DNA of 64,000 nt, from contig CAYQOX010000023.1 of NCBI GenBank assembly GCA_964419335.1, positions 2,946-66,945 of the forward strand, given 5' to 3'. Below are positions 10,604 to 20,610 of this stretch, one piece after another; position 1 is the first letter of the stretch; each line of letters opens with the position of its first letter. Source of the DNA: an uncultured bacterium (GTDB lineage: Bacteria > Hinthialibacterota > Hinthialibacteria > Hinthialibacterales > Hinthialibacteraceae). The translations under genes were made by a program, and so were the position numbers. A model generated the notes under the pieces. That model was given only the letters and a program-made list of their open reading frames with translations. It had not been told where the DNA came from and ran no database searches.

Positions 10604-12361
10604 TTATTTTTTTTCTTTGATATTAAGCCATAATTCCCCTTGAAATTGTGAACATTGATCTTGAATACGTTGTATTTCCGAAATCATTTGTTTTCGTCGT
10701 TCTTCATGGACAAACTCCCCTTCAAATATAATCTTACATCGACCCAGTTTATATAATTCTTTACACAACTCCATCCCTTCTATTTCTAGTGTACTTTCAC
10801 GATTCATCTCGGGTAAAGTAACTTGATTTAAATACGGAAGAATGGGATAAGCTGTCAAGTATTGTTGCTTGTAGCGCCTCAGTCGTGAAAATTCAACAAC
10901 ATAAATCGGCTTTTGATGAAAAGTCTGGTAATACATATGCATTCCACTCCGCGGTGAAGGCGTGTAAGGCAAGACGAGCACAGTCTCTGCATTGCCTGCG
11001 AATCGCTCGGAGTGGGGATCAAACTGGAAGACGGGTAGTGGCTTCCACCCAGTTTCTAAGAGAAAAATGGGAAGGAGAAATACAAGAAGGCCTATTTTCG
11101 TTCTCCTCCGTGAATACCAAGGCGAACGTTCCATTCCCATGATTCCCACCGCGATTAATGCCAGAAATCCTACATAAGAAAATCGAGCAAAAACGCGCAG
11201 CACAGTCAAAGCCGGAAGGCCCTCAAAAACAATCGCTGGAAGCACCAAAGGAAATCCCAAAATTGTTGGAAGATCCTCATTGACCTTCAACATGGGTCCC
11301 AGTGATAAGAGCAGAAAAACTACGGCGAGAAGAACCAAAGCCCGCCACTTCCAACAACATGTACGGCCTTTTAACCACCCCCAAAGAATAAAGAACCATG
11401 TTCCTACGAAGAGCACCATACCCGGATGAATAAAAAATTCTTTTTCCTTCGGTACATCGAACCATGGGATCCAGTGCACCAGCCAAGGAGGAAAAAAAAT
11501 AGACATAAGATCCATCGACCAATAGATTGAATACTTAAGGTCTACAGGATCAACATAGACTTCTTGAAAAGAAGAAGTACGGGAAGGAGAAAAATAAAAC
11601 CATACTAGAATCCCCATGGCGAAACAGGCGAGAGCACATTGGATCCCAAGGTTAAGAATCTTTTTTTTATCCCACCATTCCCAAGCCGAAAGGAAGAAAC
11701 GCACAAATGCATAAATTGCAACAAACAATCCGTAATACCAATCGGTCAATCCTGCTAGAAACCATATTAGAGTAAAATACACCCCATTACGCCAGCGCTG
11801 ATCGTCCATCCATTTTTCGAAAGCATAAAAGGCAAAAAACATCCAGGCGGTAGAAAAGAGATTAAGATGTTCAAGATGATTCCATCGGTAGGGACTAAAA
11901 GAAGCAATAATACCCAGTAATCCTGCACCAAAAAGCCTTAATCCCAGCGAACGTCCCCATAAGGCCGCTCCGACCCCTGTCAACCAAGTCCAAAGCAGAA
12001 ATAAAATATTGTAGGCCATCGAGGGACCCAAAAGCCATGTCATGGGAGACGCGATGATTCCATTCGCTACAGAAAGTGTATGATAGCGAAGGTCACATCC
12101 CCAGGGGTAAAAAATCATATCACTGTACAGGGGGGACTGTCCTTCTTGAAAAACCGAATAAAATACCCACCACAGATTCCACAAATTGGTTCCTTTATCT
12201 CCTACGGGATAATCACCTAGTTGCCCATTGAGGTTGCCAAGCAGTGAGGAACAAAGCACAATCGTGGCAAGGAAAAAGATTGCCATGAAAAAACGAGCCT
12301 CACTTCGCCCAATCCAATTGCAAACCAAAGCCGCTTTGCTTCTCAGCGGTTGTCTCTTCAT
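10604..12361 (-). CDS. polytopic membrane protein, GT-C-like (putative glycosyltransferase)
   Basis: ORF open to 12442. Many TM helices. N-terminal periplasmic loop DKGTNLWNLWWV...YPWG. Start at 12361 chosen for the GGAGAG Shine-Dalgarno 9 nt upstream; 12286 is an alternative. Confidence 0.6.
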   Translation of the reverse strand: MKRQPLRSKAALVCNWIGRSEARFFMAIFFLATIVLCSSLLGNLNGQLGDYPVGDKGTNLWNLWWVFYSVFQEGQSPLYSDMIFYPWGCDLRYHTLSVANGIIASPMTWLLGPSMAYNILFLLWTWLTGVGAALWGRSLGLRLFGAGLLGIIASFSPYRWNHLEHLNLFSTAWMFFAFYAFEKWMDDQRWRNGVYFTLIWFLAGLTDWYYGLFVAIYAFVRFFLSAWEWWDKKKILNLGIQCALACFAMGILVWFYFSPSRTSSFQEVYVDPVDLKYSIYWSMDLMSIFFPPWLVHWIPWFDVPKEKEFFIHPGMVLFVGTWFFILWGWLKGRTCCWKWRALVLLAVVFLLLSLGPMLKVNEDLPTILGFPLVLPAIVFEGLPALTVLRVFARFSYVGFLALIAVGIMGMERSPWYSRRRTKIGLLVFLLPIFLLETGWKPLPVFQFDPHSERFAGNAETVLVLPYTPSPRSGMHMYYQTFHQKPIYVVEFSRLRRYKQQYLTAYPILPYLNQVTLPEMNRESTLEIEGMELCKELYKLGRCKIIFEGEFVHEERRKQMISEIQRIQDQCSQFQGELWLNIKEKK

Positions 12362-14033
12362 TCTCTTTCTCTCCGCGATGCCAATGGGGCAAACCTGGGG
12401 AGATTCCCCTGAGTTAGCGGGTTCCGCTTGGGTATTAGGCATACCGCATCCGACCGGTTATCCCTTCTATATGCTTGCCGTCCATATGTTTCAATGCATC
12501 CCCATAGGTAGTGTAATCTTTCGAGCTCATTTATTCTCTGTATTCTGCTCAGCAGCAGCGTGCGCGATACTTTTTTTATGGCTGTATGAATCCCTCATTC
12601 GACAAGGATATGAACGAAAGACCGTTTTGTTTGCAGGATGTGTAAGTACGATCGCATTTGCGCTCACCTCTACCGTATGGTCGCAAAGCCTTATTGCCGA
12701 AGTCTATACGCTCTTCGCTCTCTTATTTCTTATGACCCTCTATTATTTCCATCGTTCCCTTGAAAATCCACAGAAATTTTTACCGGCTTTGTTTTTTCTC
12801 TTTGGGCTCCATATCATTCACCACCGTTTAGCCTTATTTTTAATCGTTTTGACCCTTTTGTTTCTTTTGCTTCATCAATCCCAAAAAATCAAATCACTCC
12901 TTCAATGTCCCTCTCCCGTACAATCCATAACCGCCAAACAATTCGTGCGTTATTTAAGTGCCCTTTTCCCTCCCCTGCTCTTTTGGCTTTATTTTCCTCT
13001 GCGCGCGCGCGTAGATCCACCAATAAACTGGTTTAATCCTGACTCCCTCAGCCGAGCCATGGAGTTAATTAACGGTGGACAATTCAGCCGCATTTTGCAG
13101 GAAGGCCTTGGTCGCGCGTTATCCAATTTATCCTTCTTGCAGGTTATCTCAGCCTATAGCATCCCTCTTTTGCTTTATGGACCGGCGGCGATCATGATTG
13201 TGTATGGCTTATATACACTAGCACGACGACAACGGGGGATGGCGCTCTACCTTGTATTGCTTTACGGAATCTATCAAAGTTTCTATATGGTCTATATCAC
13301 CGGCGATCGTCATGTGTTTCTTTTACCCGCTTTAATTCTACTTGTTTACCCCTTGGCCTTGGGCATGGCATCGATCATTAAAATTATGTTCTCGTTCCAA
13401 ATGAATACACGGCAGCAATGGCTAACTCGTATTATTCTCGCGGCAGTGTGCATTACGCCTTTATGGATTGATTATCAAGAACCTACTGCACAAGGACGAG
13501 GAATATATCCCTTGACGATTTCCTCCCTCATTGATCGTTATCGCTACCGCTGGGACTCTTCCGCACAACAATACGCTCAAGAAATCTGGAAACACGCGAA
13601 ATCCGGAGAGATTATACTCACCGGCTTGTGGGAACCCACTGCCGATAATGAATATTTTCCGCTCCTCTACCAAAAACATGTTGAACAACGCGGCCAAAAC
13701 AACATTATTATTGGAGCAGGATTTTTGATGTATGATTGGTATCGAGAGCAAATCAACACAGAATTGAAACATCCGTTAGAATTACGTGGCGATCGTATGA
13801 TGCCTACCCGCGAGGCTTGGCTGGAGAATGTGTGGCAAACGATCATCATGCCAAATTTGGAAACTACTTCCATTCTGGTCACAACCCAGCGCCTTCCCCC
13901 CTCATGGTATTCACGTACAAAGGTGGAAGAAGTGGGACCGATCCAGATCGATACCCGATACATCCCCCGTGATTATCGGATGTACACTCCCAGCGGTTTT
14001 TTATATAGAATAAGCCAACGCCCAATAGAATAA
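12285..14033 (+). CDS. DUF2723/TMEM260-like GT-C membrane protein (putative protein O-mannosyltransferase family)
   Basis: TM helix followed by WGDSPELAGSAWVLGIPHPTGYPFY, the signature N-terminal loop of DUF2723. ORF open from 12228. ATG 12285 has AAGGA upstream. Confidence 0.72.
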   Translation: MKKRASLRPIQLQTKAALLLSGCLFILFLSAMPMGQTWGDSPELAGSAWVLGIPHPTGYPFYMLAVHMFQCIPIGSVIFRAHLFSVFCSAAACAILFLWLYESLIRQGYERKTVLFAGCVSTIAFALTSTVWSQSLIAEVYTLFALLFLMTLYYFHRSLENPQKFLPALFFLFGLHIIHHRLALFLIVLTLLFLLLHQSQKIKSLLQCPSPVQSITAKQFVRYLSALFPPLLFWLYFPLRARVDPPINWFNPDSLSRAMELINGGQFSRILQEGLGRALSNLSFLQVISAYSIPLLLYGPAAIMIVYGLYTLARRQRGMALYLVLLYGIYQSFYMVYITGDRHVFLLPALILLVYPLALGMASIIKIMFSFQMNTRQQWLTRIILAAVCITPLWIDYQEPTAQGRGIYPLTISSLIDRYRYRWDSSAQQYAQEIWKHAKSGEIILTGLWEPTADNEYFPLLYQKHVEQRGQNNIIIGAGFLMYDWYREQINTELKHPLELRGDRMMPTREAWLENVWQTIIMPNLETTSILVTTQRLPPSWYSRTKVEEVGPIQIDTRYIPRDYRMYTPSGFLYRISQRPIE

Positions 14034-14042
14034 GGATGGTTG

Positions 14043-15839
14043 ATGACACAAGAAATTAATTACGCCTCATGGGAAAAAGGATTCAGCGTTTTAATCCTGC
14101 TCATTACCCCTGTCTTGATCTCCACCCAAACCGTGGATTCCTACTTGCTACCCAAGTATTTTTGGCTGGCGGGCCTCCTTTTGCTTTGGTGGCTCTTGAT
14201 TGCCGTTGATCCAAAAAGCACACGCTATAAACCATCGAATTTAGACTATCCCTTAGCCGCCTTATTTCTTGTATCATTAGTCTCGATCCTCCTTCACTAT
14301 CGAACTTTTATTCAGTTTCGTGCCTTATCACATTTGCTCATGTTTCTTCTTCTTTTTTATAGTTTTCGCCGCATGTGGCAATGGATATCGGTACGAGTCA
14401 TGGTTTATGTCATTACGATTCCCGCCCTGATTATTTCTCTATACGCCCATTTGCAAGACTATGGGGTCGACTTCGCCCAATTGAGCGGGGGGAAAGGCGA
14501 CTGGCGTTTTGGCATCGTAGCCACATTAGGGAATCCCAATTTTCTCGCCGGATATCTTGCGATCGTGCTGCCCGTGATCATTGCATATACCTTGCGTAAG
14601 ATAACAAAAACTACTTGGAAAACACACATTGCAACTGGATTTTTCTTACTGTGTATTCTCTCCATAACCACTTGCATCACTGTAACTTTCAGCGTAGGCG
14701 CGGCTACCGGGTTACTCGGTGCGGGTGTAATCGGGTTGATTACCACTTTGCGCATCGATAAAAAAGTTCAAATGGCTTGGGGAAGGCTGTTTTTAGTGCT
14801 TTTCGTCATCATCAGCAGTCTCGCCTGGTATCTTTTGGATAATCCCTACAACAGCCATAGGCAATCACTCTACGTCGAAGCGAAACAATCCCCTGCTTGG
14901 TATTCCGGGATAGGAGCCAGGAAATTTAATTGGAAAACCACCCGCCTCATGATCAACGAGAGACCTCTTACAGGGATTGGCTTCGGAAATTATCTAACCG
15001 TTCACGAACACTATCAGGGTATGAATTACGAAATCCAAAACCATGCGCACGACCGCTCTTGGGTAGTCCCCGTAGACCAACCGCACTTCCAAATACTAGA
15101 AACCGCCGCCGAAGTGGGTCCCTTCGGGGTTTTCATTTTATTTTGGTTGTTACTTGCTTGGCAACGCATCACATATCGCCAACTAAAAGCAACTCATGAC
15201 GAAGTTTGGATGAGCTGGGGCGCTTATCTAGGGATATGGGTAGCAGGGATCCATTCACTTTCCAGTTTTCCCTTTCATCTACCGGTTAGCTCATTGATGG
15301 TCGTTTGCCTCGCTTCTTATTTTGTCTCTTACAAAAAAACACACCGTGTCATCAAACGAAAATCGATACGATGGTTCAAAATCGCTCTGCTGATTCCACT
15401 TCTCCTTATTGCCGTCGACCATTACCGACAATACTATGGCAGCGTTCACCTGCGCTTGGGATACGAACATCGAGGTATGGATGCCCTTCCCTTCCTCACC
15501 CGCGCGAAGCAATATGACCCATACAATCCCTCGATTCATCATGCGCTAGGCTCACAATATGCCAACCAAGGTTGGCATGCAAAAGCGAAAGAATCGCTAA
15601 GGCGTTCGATTGAGTTGCAGGAAGATTTGGATGCCCATGAACTTTTAGTGGAAATTCATCTTCGACAAAAGAACCTCACAAAAGCAATCCAAGCGAAAAA
15701 GCGGGTGGTAGAACTCAATCCCGTTTATCCCGGCCATCACCGAGATCTCGCGGAACTATTGCGTAAAGCAGAACGTGAAGAGGAAGCCATTAAGCATGAA
15801 CAACGCGCTGAAGCTCTGGAATCTCAGTTGCAAGATTGA
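14043..15839 (+). CDS. O-antigen ligase (Wzy_C) family protein with C-terminal TPR repeats
   Basis: About 12 TM helices. PHFQILETAAEVGPFG matches the Wzy_C H..(L)E.G..G loop. C-terminal ~130 aa are TPR-like. AAGGA SD before ATG 14043. Confidence 0.8.
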   Translation: MTQEINYASWEKGFSVLILLITPVLISTQTVDSYLLPKYFWLAGLLLLWWLLIAVDPKSTRYKPSNLDYPLAALFLVSLVSILLHYRTFIQFRALSHLLMFLLLFYSFRRMWQWISVRVMVYVITIPALIISLYAHLQDYGVDFAQLSGGKGDWRFGIVATLGNPNFLAGYLAIVLPVIIAYTLRKITKTTWKTHIATGFFLLCILSITTCITVTFSVGAATGLLGAGVIGLITTLRIDKKVQMAWGRLFLVLFVIISSLAWYLLDNPYNSHRQSLYVEAKQSPAWYSGIGARKFNWKTTRLMINERPLTGIGFGNYLTVHEHYQGMNYEIQNHAHDRSWVVPVDQPHFQILETAAEVGPFGVFILFWLLLAWQRITYRQLKATHDEVWMSWGAYLGIWVAGIHSLSSFPFHLPVSSLMVVCLASYFVSYKKTHRVIKRKSIRWFKIALLIPLLLIAVDHYRQYYGSVHLRLGYEHRGMDALPFLTRAKQYDPYNPSIHHALGSQYANQGWHAKAKESLRRSIELQEDLDAHELLVEIHLRQKNLTKAIQAKKRVVELNPVYPGHHRDLAELLRKAEREEEAIKHEQRAEALESQLQD

Positions 15840-16039
15840 AATCGATTTCATTGCCATTCTTTAATGAAAATGATAATCTTTTCATAAATGATGCTCTGGG
15901 ATTCTCCTGAGGAAGTGATATCTTTGACACCCATTTTTTATTGTCATTACAAGGTAGATCACTTCGAACTACACCTTCGGTATTATGGTTTGAAAAAACA
16001 CGTGTTATACAAAAGATTGTAAAGCAGGGAGTGAATTCA

Positions 16040-17356
16040 ATGGACATAAAACTCGCTTATGGAAAAGAAGGACTCATAGCCCAAGTGCCTGACGAGAATC
16101 TCGCAGGGATTGTACGTATGAATCAAGCCCAAGCGCTGCCTGACCCTGAGAAGAACGTTTGGGATGCCATCGCCAATCCGATCGAATCCCAACCTTTATC
16201 CGCAATTGCCGAGGGACGTTCATCGGCCGTGATCGTAATATCAGATATAACCCGTCCAGTGCCCAATAAACTAATCCTGCCACCCCTGTTGCAAACCCTC
16301 GAAAAAGCAGGGATCCCACGTAACAAAATCACGATTCTTATTGCCACTGGGATTCATCGCCCCAACCTGGGCGATGAATTGATTGAACTCGTAGGACAAC
16401 CTATCGCTGAGAACTACCACATTGTCAATCATTATTCTGAAGATCCCGAGGCAACGGAGTATTTAGGCACCACCGATTCTGGCATCCCGGTTTATATTAA
16501 TAAACATTATCTCCAAGCGGATCTCAAAATACTCACTGGCCTGGTAGAACTTCACCTGATGGCGGGGTTTTCGGGAGGACGCAAAGCCATCCTGCCGGGC
16601 ATCTCAGCGTTGGAAACCATGAAGTTCATGCATGGCTACCGCATGATTCAACAAGATGAAACTTGCAACGGACGGTTGAAAAACAATCCATTGCATGAAG
16701 GTGCCGTGGAAGTCGCACGTCAAGTCGGCGTTGATTTCATCCTCAATGTGACTCTGGATGAAGAACGCAATGTAACCGGGGTTTTTGCTGGTGATCTTGA
16801 AGCCGCTCACGAACAAGCTTGCGGCTTAATTAAACGCTGTGCCATGGTTCAAATCGAAGAACCTGTCGATATTGTCCTTACCACCGGCAGCGGCTATCCC
16901 CTTGATAACACCCTTTATCAATCCATCAAGGGCCTGGTAGGTTGCCTCAATGTAGTCAAAGAAGGGGGCACCGTCATCCTTGCCGCCAAAAACGCTGAAG
17001 GCGCCGGGAGTAAGGAATTTATCGACCTTTTACGCCGCCTGGAAGACCCTATGGACTTCTACGAAATCACGATGGGGCCAAATTATGTGGCCAAAGATCA
17101 ATGGATGATTCAAGAAATGGTCAACGCTTTCCATCGGTGTAACATGCTTTACCGCTGTGATGGGATCAGCGAGGAAGACCTACGCGATTTTCTTATTACA
17201 CCGATCCCCACAATAGAAGATGGAATTCAACAAGCCTTAAAGCAACATGGAGCCAATGCCAAGATTTTAGTCATTCCGGAAGGCCCTTACGTCATTCCTC
17301 ATTTACCTTACCGGGTAAAAGGCATTTATTCTTGGCAAACATCAGAAGCAACTTGA
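16040..17356 (+). CDS. larA: nickel-pincer-dependent lactate racemase family protein (LarA homolog)
   Basis: ITRPVPN, ATGIHRP and AGFSGGRKAILPG (cofactor-tethering Lys context). AGGGAG SD before ATG 16040. ORF open from 15941. Confidence 0.82.
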   Translation: MDIKLAYGKEGLIAQVPDENLAGIVRMNQAQALPDPEKNVWDAIANPIESQPLSAIAEGRSSAVIVISDITRPVPNKLILPPLLQTLEKAGIPRNKITILIATGIHRPNLGDELIELVGQPIAENYHIVNHYSEDPEATEYLGTTDSGIPVYINKHYLQADLKILTGLVELHLMAGFSGGRKAILPGISALETMKFMHGYRMIQQDETCNGRLKNNPLHEGAVEVARQVGVDFILNVTLDEERNVTGVFAGDLEAAHEQACGLIKRCAMVQIEEPVDIVLTTGSGYPLDNTLYQSIKGLVGCLNVVKEGGTVILAAKNAEGAGSKEFIDLLRRLEDPMDFYEITMGPNYVAKDQWMIQEMVNAFHRCNMLYRCDGISEEDLRDFLITPIPTIEDGIQQALKQHGANAKILVIPEGPYVIPHLPYRVKGIYSWQTSEAT

Positions 17357-17386
17357 TTACCGCGGCTTATTCAAGGGGACAGCCTT

Positions 17387-20300
17387 ATGCCTTGGGTTCG
17401 GCTTTTCTTTATTCTTTTAGTTCTCCCCTGGTATGTTTTATTTGAAGCTGAATGTGATCCATGGTCTCAGGGGTGGAGTTTGAAGGCTTGCCAAGACGAA
17501 GATTGGCAACTCATACAAGGGCAAGGCAACCTCTCGCTCAAGAACAATCGCCTCAATGCATTTTTGATATCCGACAGCACCGCACAATGGAGACTTACCA
17601 CGGAGCCTATTTGGGTCTACCGCTATTCACAGCTGAAAATGCGTTATCGTACACGTGGTTTGGAAAAAAGTGACGAACCGCTCTTACGATTGCAAATTCA
17701 GCCGGTTGGCCCTTGGAATTCACGCCTTCATGACCGACCGCCCGCCGCCTATCACACGATTCAACCCGCAACCCATCATACCCAGGATGATACGATTCAT
17801 GAAATCGAGGTTTCTCTGGAAGATTTCCCGTATCCTTGCCTCGATCAAATCATCCTCACCGTACACAGCGGTCCAGGAATCGGCATTCTAGAAATTCTCG
17901 ACCTTTCCTTTCACATACCCGAGCAAAAACCGCGTCCCTTGTTTCCATTTAATCAAATCGAAAACGTCGATTTCGCCCGTTATCAAACGCTCCCCTTGGA
18001 TAAAACAACGGAGGATCATAGCCTTGTCGCAGAGATTCCATTCCAAACAGCTGCAACCTCCGCTTATCAAATTACCTCAATGAGTCAGCGAGATCACCTT
18101 GCTTTTGAAGTCAATGATTCATCATGCAGTGAAATCTACCTGCTCATGACCTCGCAACTTGTGGGGAATGACAAACCGTTTGAATTTCACGAGCGTGAAA
18201 ATATCAATAATCCCGATCAGTGTGTTATAACGAAAACATATGCCGACGGTAGTATAGACAAATCCTTCCCTTATCACATTGAAAAAGAAAAGTACCAGAT
18301 TGAATCCGGCGAACTCGCCGTTTATCAAATTCCCGTGAATCAAGAGAAGGAACTACGTTCTATCCAAGTTGAAGAGAAGATGTCGTATGGGCAAATTTTG
18401 GTTGCCGGGGTCACCATAAATCGTGGAACCAAAATGATTGATCCTTCCTTGCCGACGCTGCCTGCGAGCCTCTCTTGTCCTTCTATTGAAGAATCAACCT
18501 CTCCACCGGAGCTCAAAATTGAAAACAATAAACACTTTGTAATCGAGAATACTTTCTATCGGGTAGAACTCGATACAGAACCTGGAGTAGCGATCCAATC
18601 CCTACGTCATAAAGTGGGTGATATAGAACTATTGGAAGAAGCCGTGCCGGCTTTCTCTCTCGTCAGCGGTTTAGAGAAAACATCCTCCCTGGATTGGGTC
18701 GCGAGCGATTATAGAATGATCCAGCGCGGAGTAAAATTTTCCCTTCATCCACGCGATGAAGAATACCCTTTACGCGCCTCTCTTTCGATTCAAGCCACTA
18801 CGGGGGATGAATTGCATTGGCAGTTGCAGATTCAAAATACCGGTTATACCCCCCACACCTTTCGTCTCCTTTTTCCTGATTTGCGTCGGCTTCGTCTGAA
18901 TAACCAAGCGAGTAATGATGTGTATCTCTATCCACAACACCCCGCAATTTGGGGGACAAAACCGATTCGCTTGGATGAGGATTATTCTGGCACTTTCCCT
19001 TTACGCTTCTTCGATCTTTATTCTCCCGAACACACCCTTGGGTTCGCACTACACACATTTGGAGAGCCACTTCTCCCCCAACGGTATCGCTATAAAAAAC
19101 GAGAAGGGGGGTCCTGGCTGGGCATAGAATACGGCGCCTCCCATCCTATTACCCTTAATTCAAAAAAAGAATTCCATTCTCCCCCTACGGTTCTTCAATT
19201 CCATAGCGGAGATTGGCACGTCCCCTTTCAAACTCACAAAAAAACCATTCCACAGGATAAAGAATTCCCTGCTTCATTTCTATCCACTTTTCTCGTCTAT
19301 CAGGATTATCTTTATGGTGGAACCGGTCTAATCCATCAAGAAAACAAAAAATATGATTTTCAGCCGATATTTCAATCTACTCCAAAGCATTTCGGTGGCT
19401 TGGACTTCTTTCATCTTGCTGGCTGGGCTTATTCACCCGAACTTGGTTTTTACGGAAACTACACTTCTCATCCCAAACAGGATTTAAACGAGCTCGAAAT
19501 CCCGATAGCACTTTCATATGAAGGGTATTTGGCGGATTCTCGAATTCCCTTAATCAAAGACAATGCAGAAAACTGGGCGATTCACGACGAACATGGAGAA
19601 ATGAAATCATGGCCTGATAGCCACGAAATTTTTATGGATCCAAATCAATCAGAATGGCGGGATTATCTTGTTCACTCCATCTTACAATCTGCAAGTCAAG
19701 CCCATGCCCATGCGGTGCTGCTTAATCATATAGGTTGGGCAGATCAACAATACACCTCGTATCGGGACAACCAAGTTCTTTCCGCTTTACAGGGTGAGCA
19801 TGCTCTACTTCAGGAACTGAGTCAACAAGCGAAGGAACAAACTCATCCACCCGCGATTCTGACGGAACATCCCCCCAATGAGCAAACCGCCCAATTTATT
19901 CATGGAAGCTTAGATACATCCTTTCATCGCCCCAGTTATCCTTATGTCCTTCCTATAAACTTGGTTCGTTTTGCTTTTCCCCATCAAAAAATCTTTACCT
20001 ATCCCCATCCGGGTTTACTGCCACGATCCATACCCGCGATACAGGCTAAACTGGCGTTCTTTTATGGCCAGGGATTATGGCTCAAAGGCCAAGCGCAATC
20101 CTGGTACAGCCGCGAGTTTCGTGAGTTCACGCAACAGGTTTACTCGAGATGGCATGCATACGCAGACTTTTTCACCTCAACAAAGGTGAAACCTTTTATA
20201 CCTACGCTTCAACCGGGTCTTTATGCGAATGCTTTCTTCAGCAAAAATGAAAGGATCATCACATTGTTTAACTCCTCCCCCCATACACTCTCAGGGAAAT

Positions 20301-20455
20301 TGCTTTTCTCCGAAAACACCGCAACCGCCAAAAATGTATGGAACCTCAAAGCATGGGAAACAGTGTCAGAGAATAATGGAATAGCGATATTCGGTACTTT
20401 ACATCCTTATGAGGTAGGATGTATTCTGATAAGAACGGAAAGTGAAGGAAATTAA
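17387..20455 (+). CDS. large secreted hypothetical protein (1,022 aa)
   Basis: Uninterrupted ORF with an N-terminal hydrophobic signal-like segment (LFFILLVLPWYVLFEA). No recognisable catalytic motif. Confidence 0.7.
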   Translation: MPWVRLFFILLVLPWYVLFEAECDPWSQGWSLKACQDEDWQLIQGQGNLSLKNNRLNAFLISDSTAQWRLTTEPIWVYRYSQLKMRYRTRGLEKSDEPLLRLQIQPVGPWNSRLHDRPPAAYHTIQPATHHTQDDTIHEIEVSLEDFPYPCLDQIILTVHSGPGIGILEILDLSFHIPEQKPRPLFPFNQIENVDFARYQTLPLDKTTEDHSLVAEIPFQTAATSAYQITSMSQRDHLAFEVNDSSCSEIYLLMTSQLVGNDKPFEFHERENINNPDQCVITKTYADGSIDKSFPYHIEKEKYQIESGELAVYQIPVNQEKELRSIQVEEKMSYGQILVAGVTINRGTKMIDPSLPTLPASLSCPSIEESTSPPELKIENNKHFVIENTFYRVELDTEPGVAIQSLRHKVGDIELLEEAVPAFSLVSGLEKTSSLDWVASDYRMIQRGVKFSLHPRDEEYPLRASLSIQATTGDELHWQLQIQNTGYTPHTFRLLFPDLRRLRLNNQASNDVYLYPQHPAIWGTKPIRLDEDYSGTFPLRFFDLYSPEHTLGFALHTFGEPLLPQRYRYKKREGGSWLGIEYGASHPITLNSKKEFHSPPTVLQFHSGDWHVPFQTHKKTIPQDKEFPASFLSTFLVYQDYLYGGTGLIHQENKKYDFQPIFQSTPKHFGGLDFFHLAGWAYSPELGFYGNYTSHPKQDLNELEIPIALSYEGYLADSRIPLIKDNAENWAIHDEHGEMKSWPDSHEIFMDPNQSEWRDYLVHSILQSASQAHAHAVLLNHIGWADQQYTSYRDNQVLSALQGEHALLQELSQQAKEQTHPPAILTEHPPNEQTAQFIHGSLDTSFHRPSYPYVLPINLVRFAFPHQKIFTYPHPGLLPRSIPAIQAKLAFFYGQGLWLKGQAQSWYSREFREFTQQVYSRWHAYADFFTSTKVKPFIPTLQPGLYANAFFSKNERIITLFNSSPHTLSGKLLFSENTATAKNVWNLKAWETVSENNGIAIFGTLHPYEVGCILIRTESEGN

Positions 20456-20610
20456 TTTTAAAGAGAGGTAAAGTCCAGATTTTTCCTTCCGATAATGAAA
20501 GACGTATTCAATTTGTTGATTCCGTGTGTAACTCATTCGTGGGGGGGTGAAGCGGATGAATGATGGGTTGAGGTATTGAACCACCAATTATAACGTTGAG
20601 GTGCGTTACA

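Noticed and set aside
12228-12442. Maximal N-terminal extensions of the two divergent GT-C genes (215-nt mutual overlap)
   Set aside because: The extensions lack SDs and add non-conserved residues. Shorter starts (12285 plus, 12361 or 12286 minus) are better supported.
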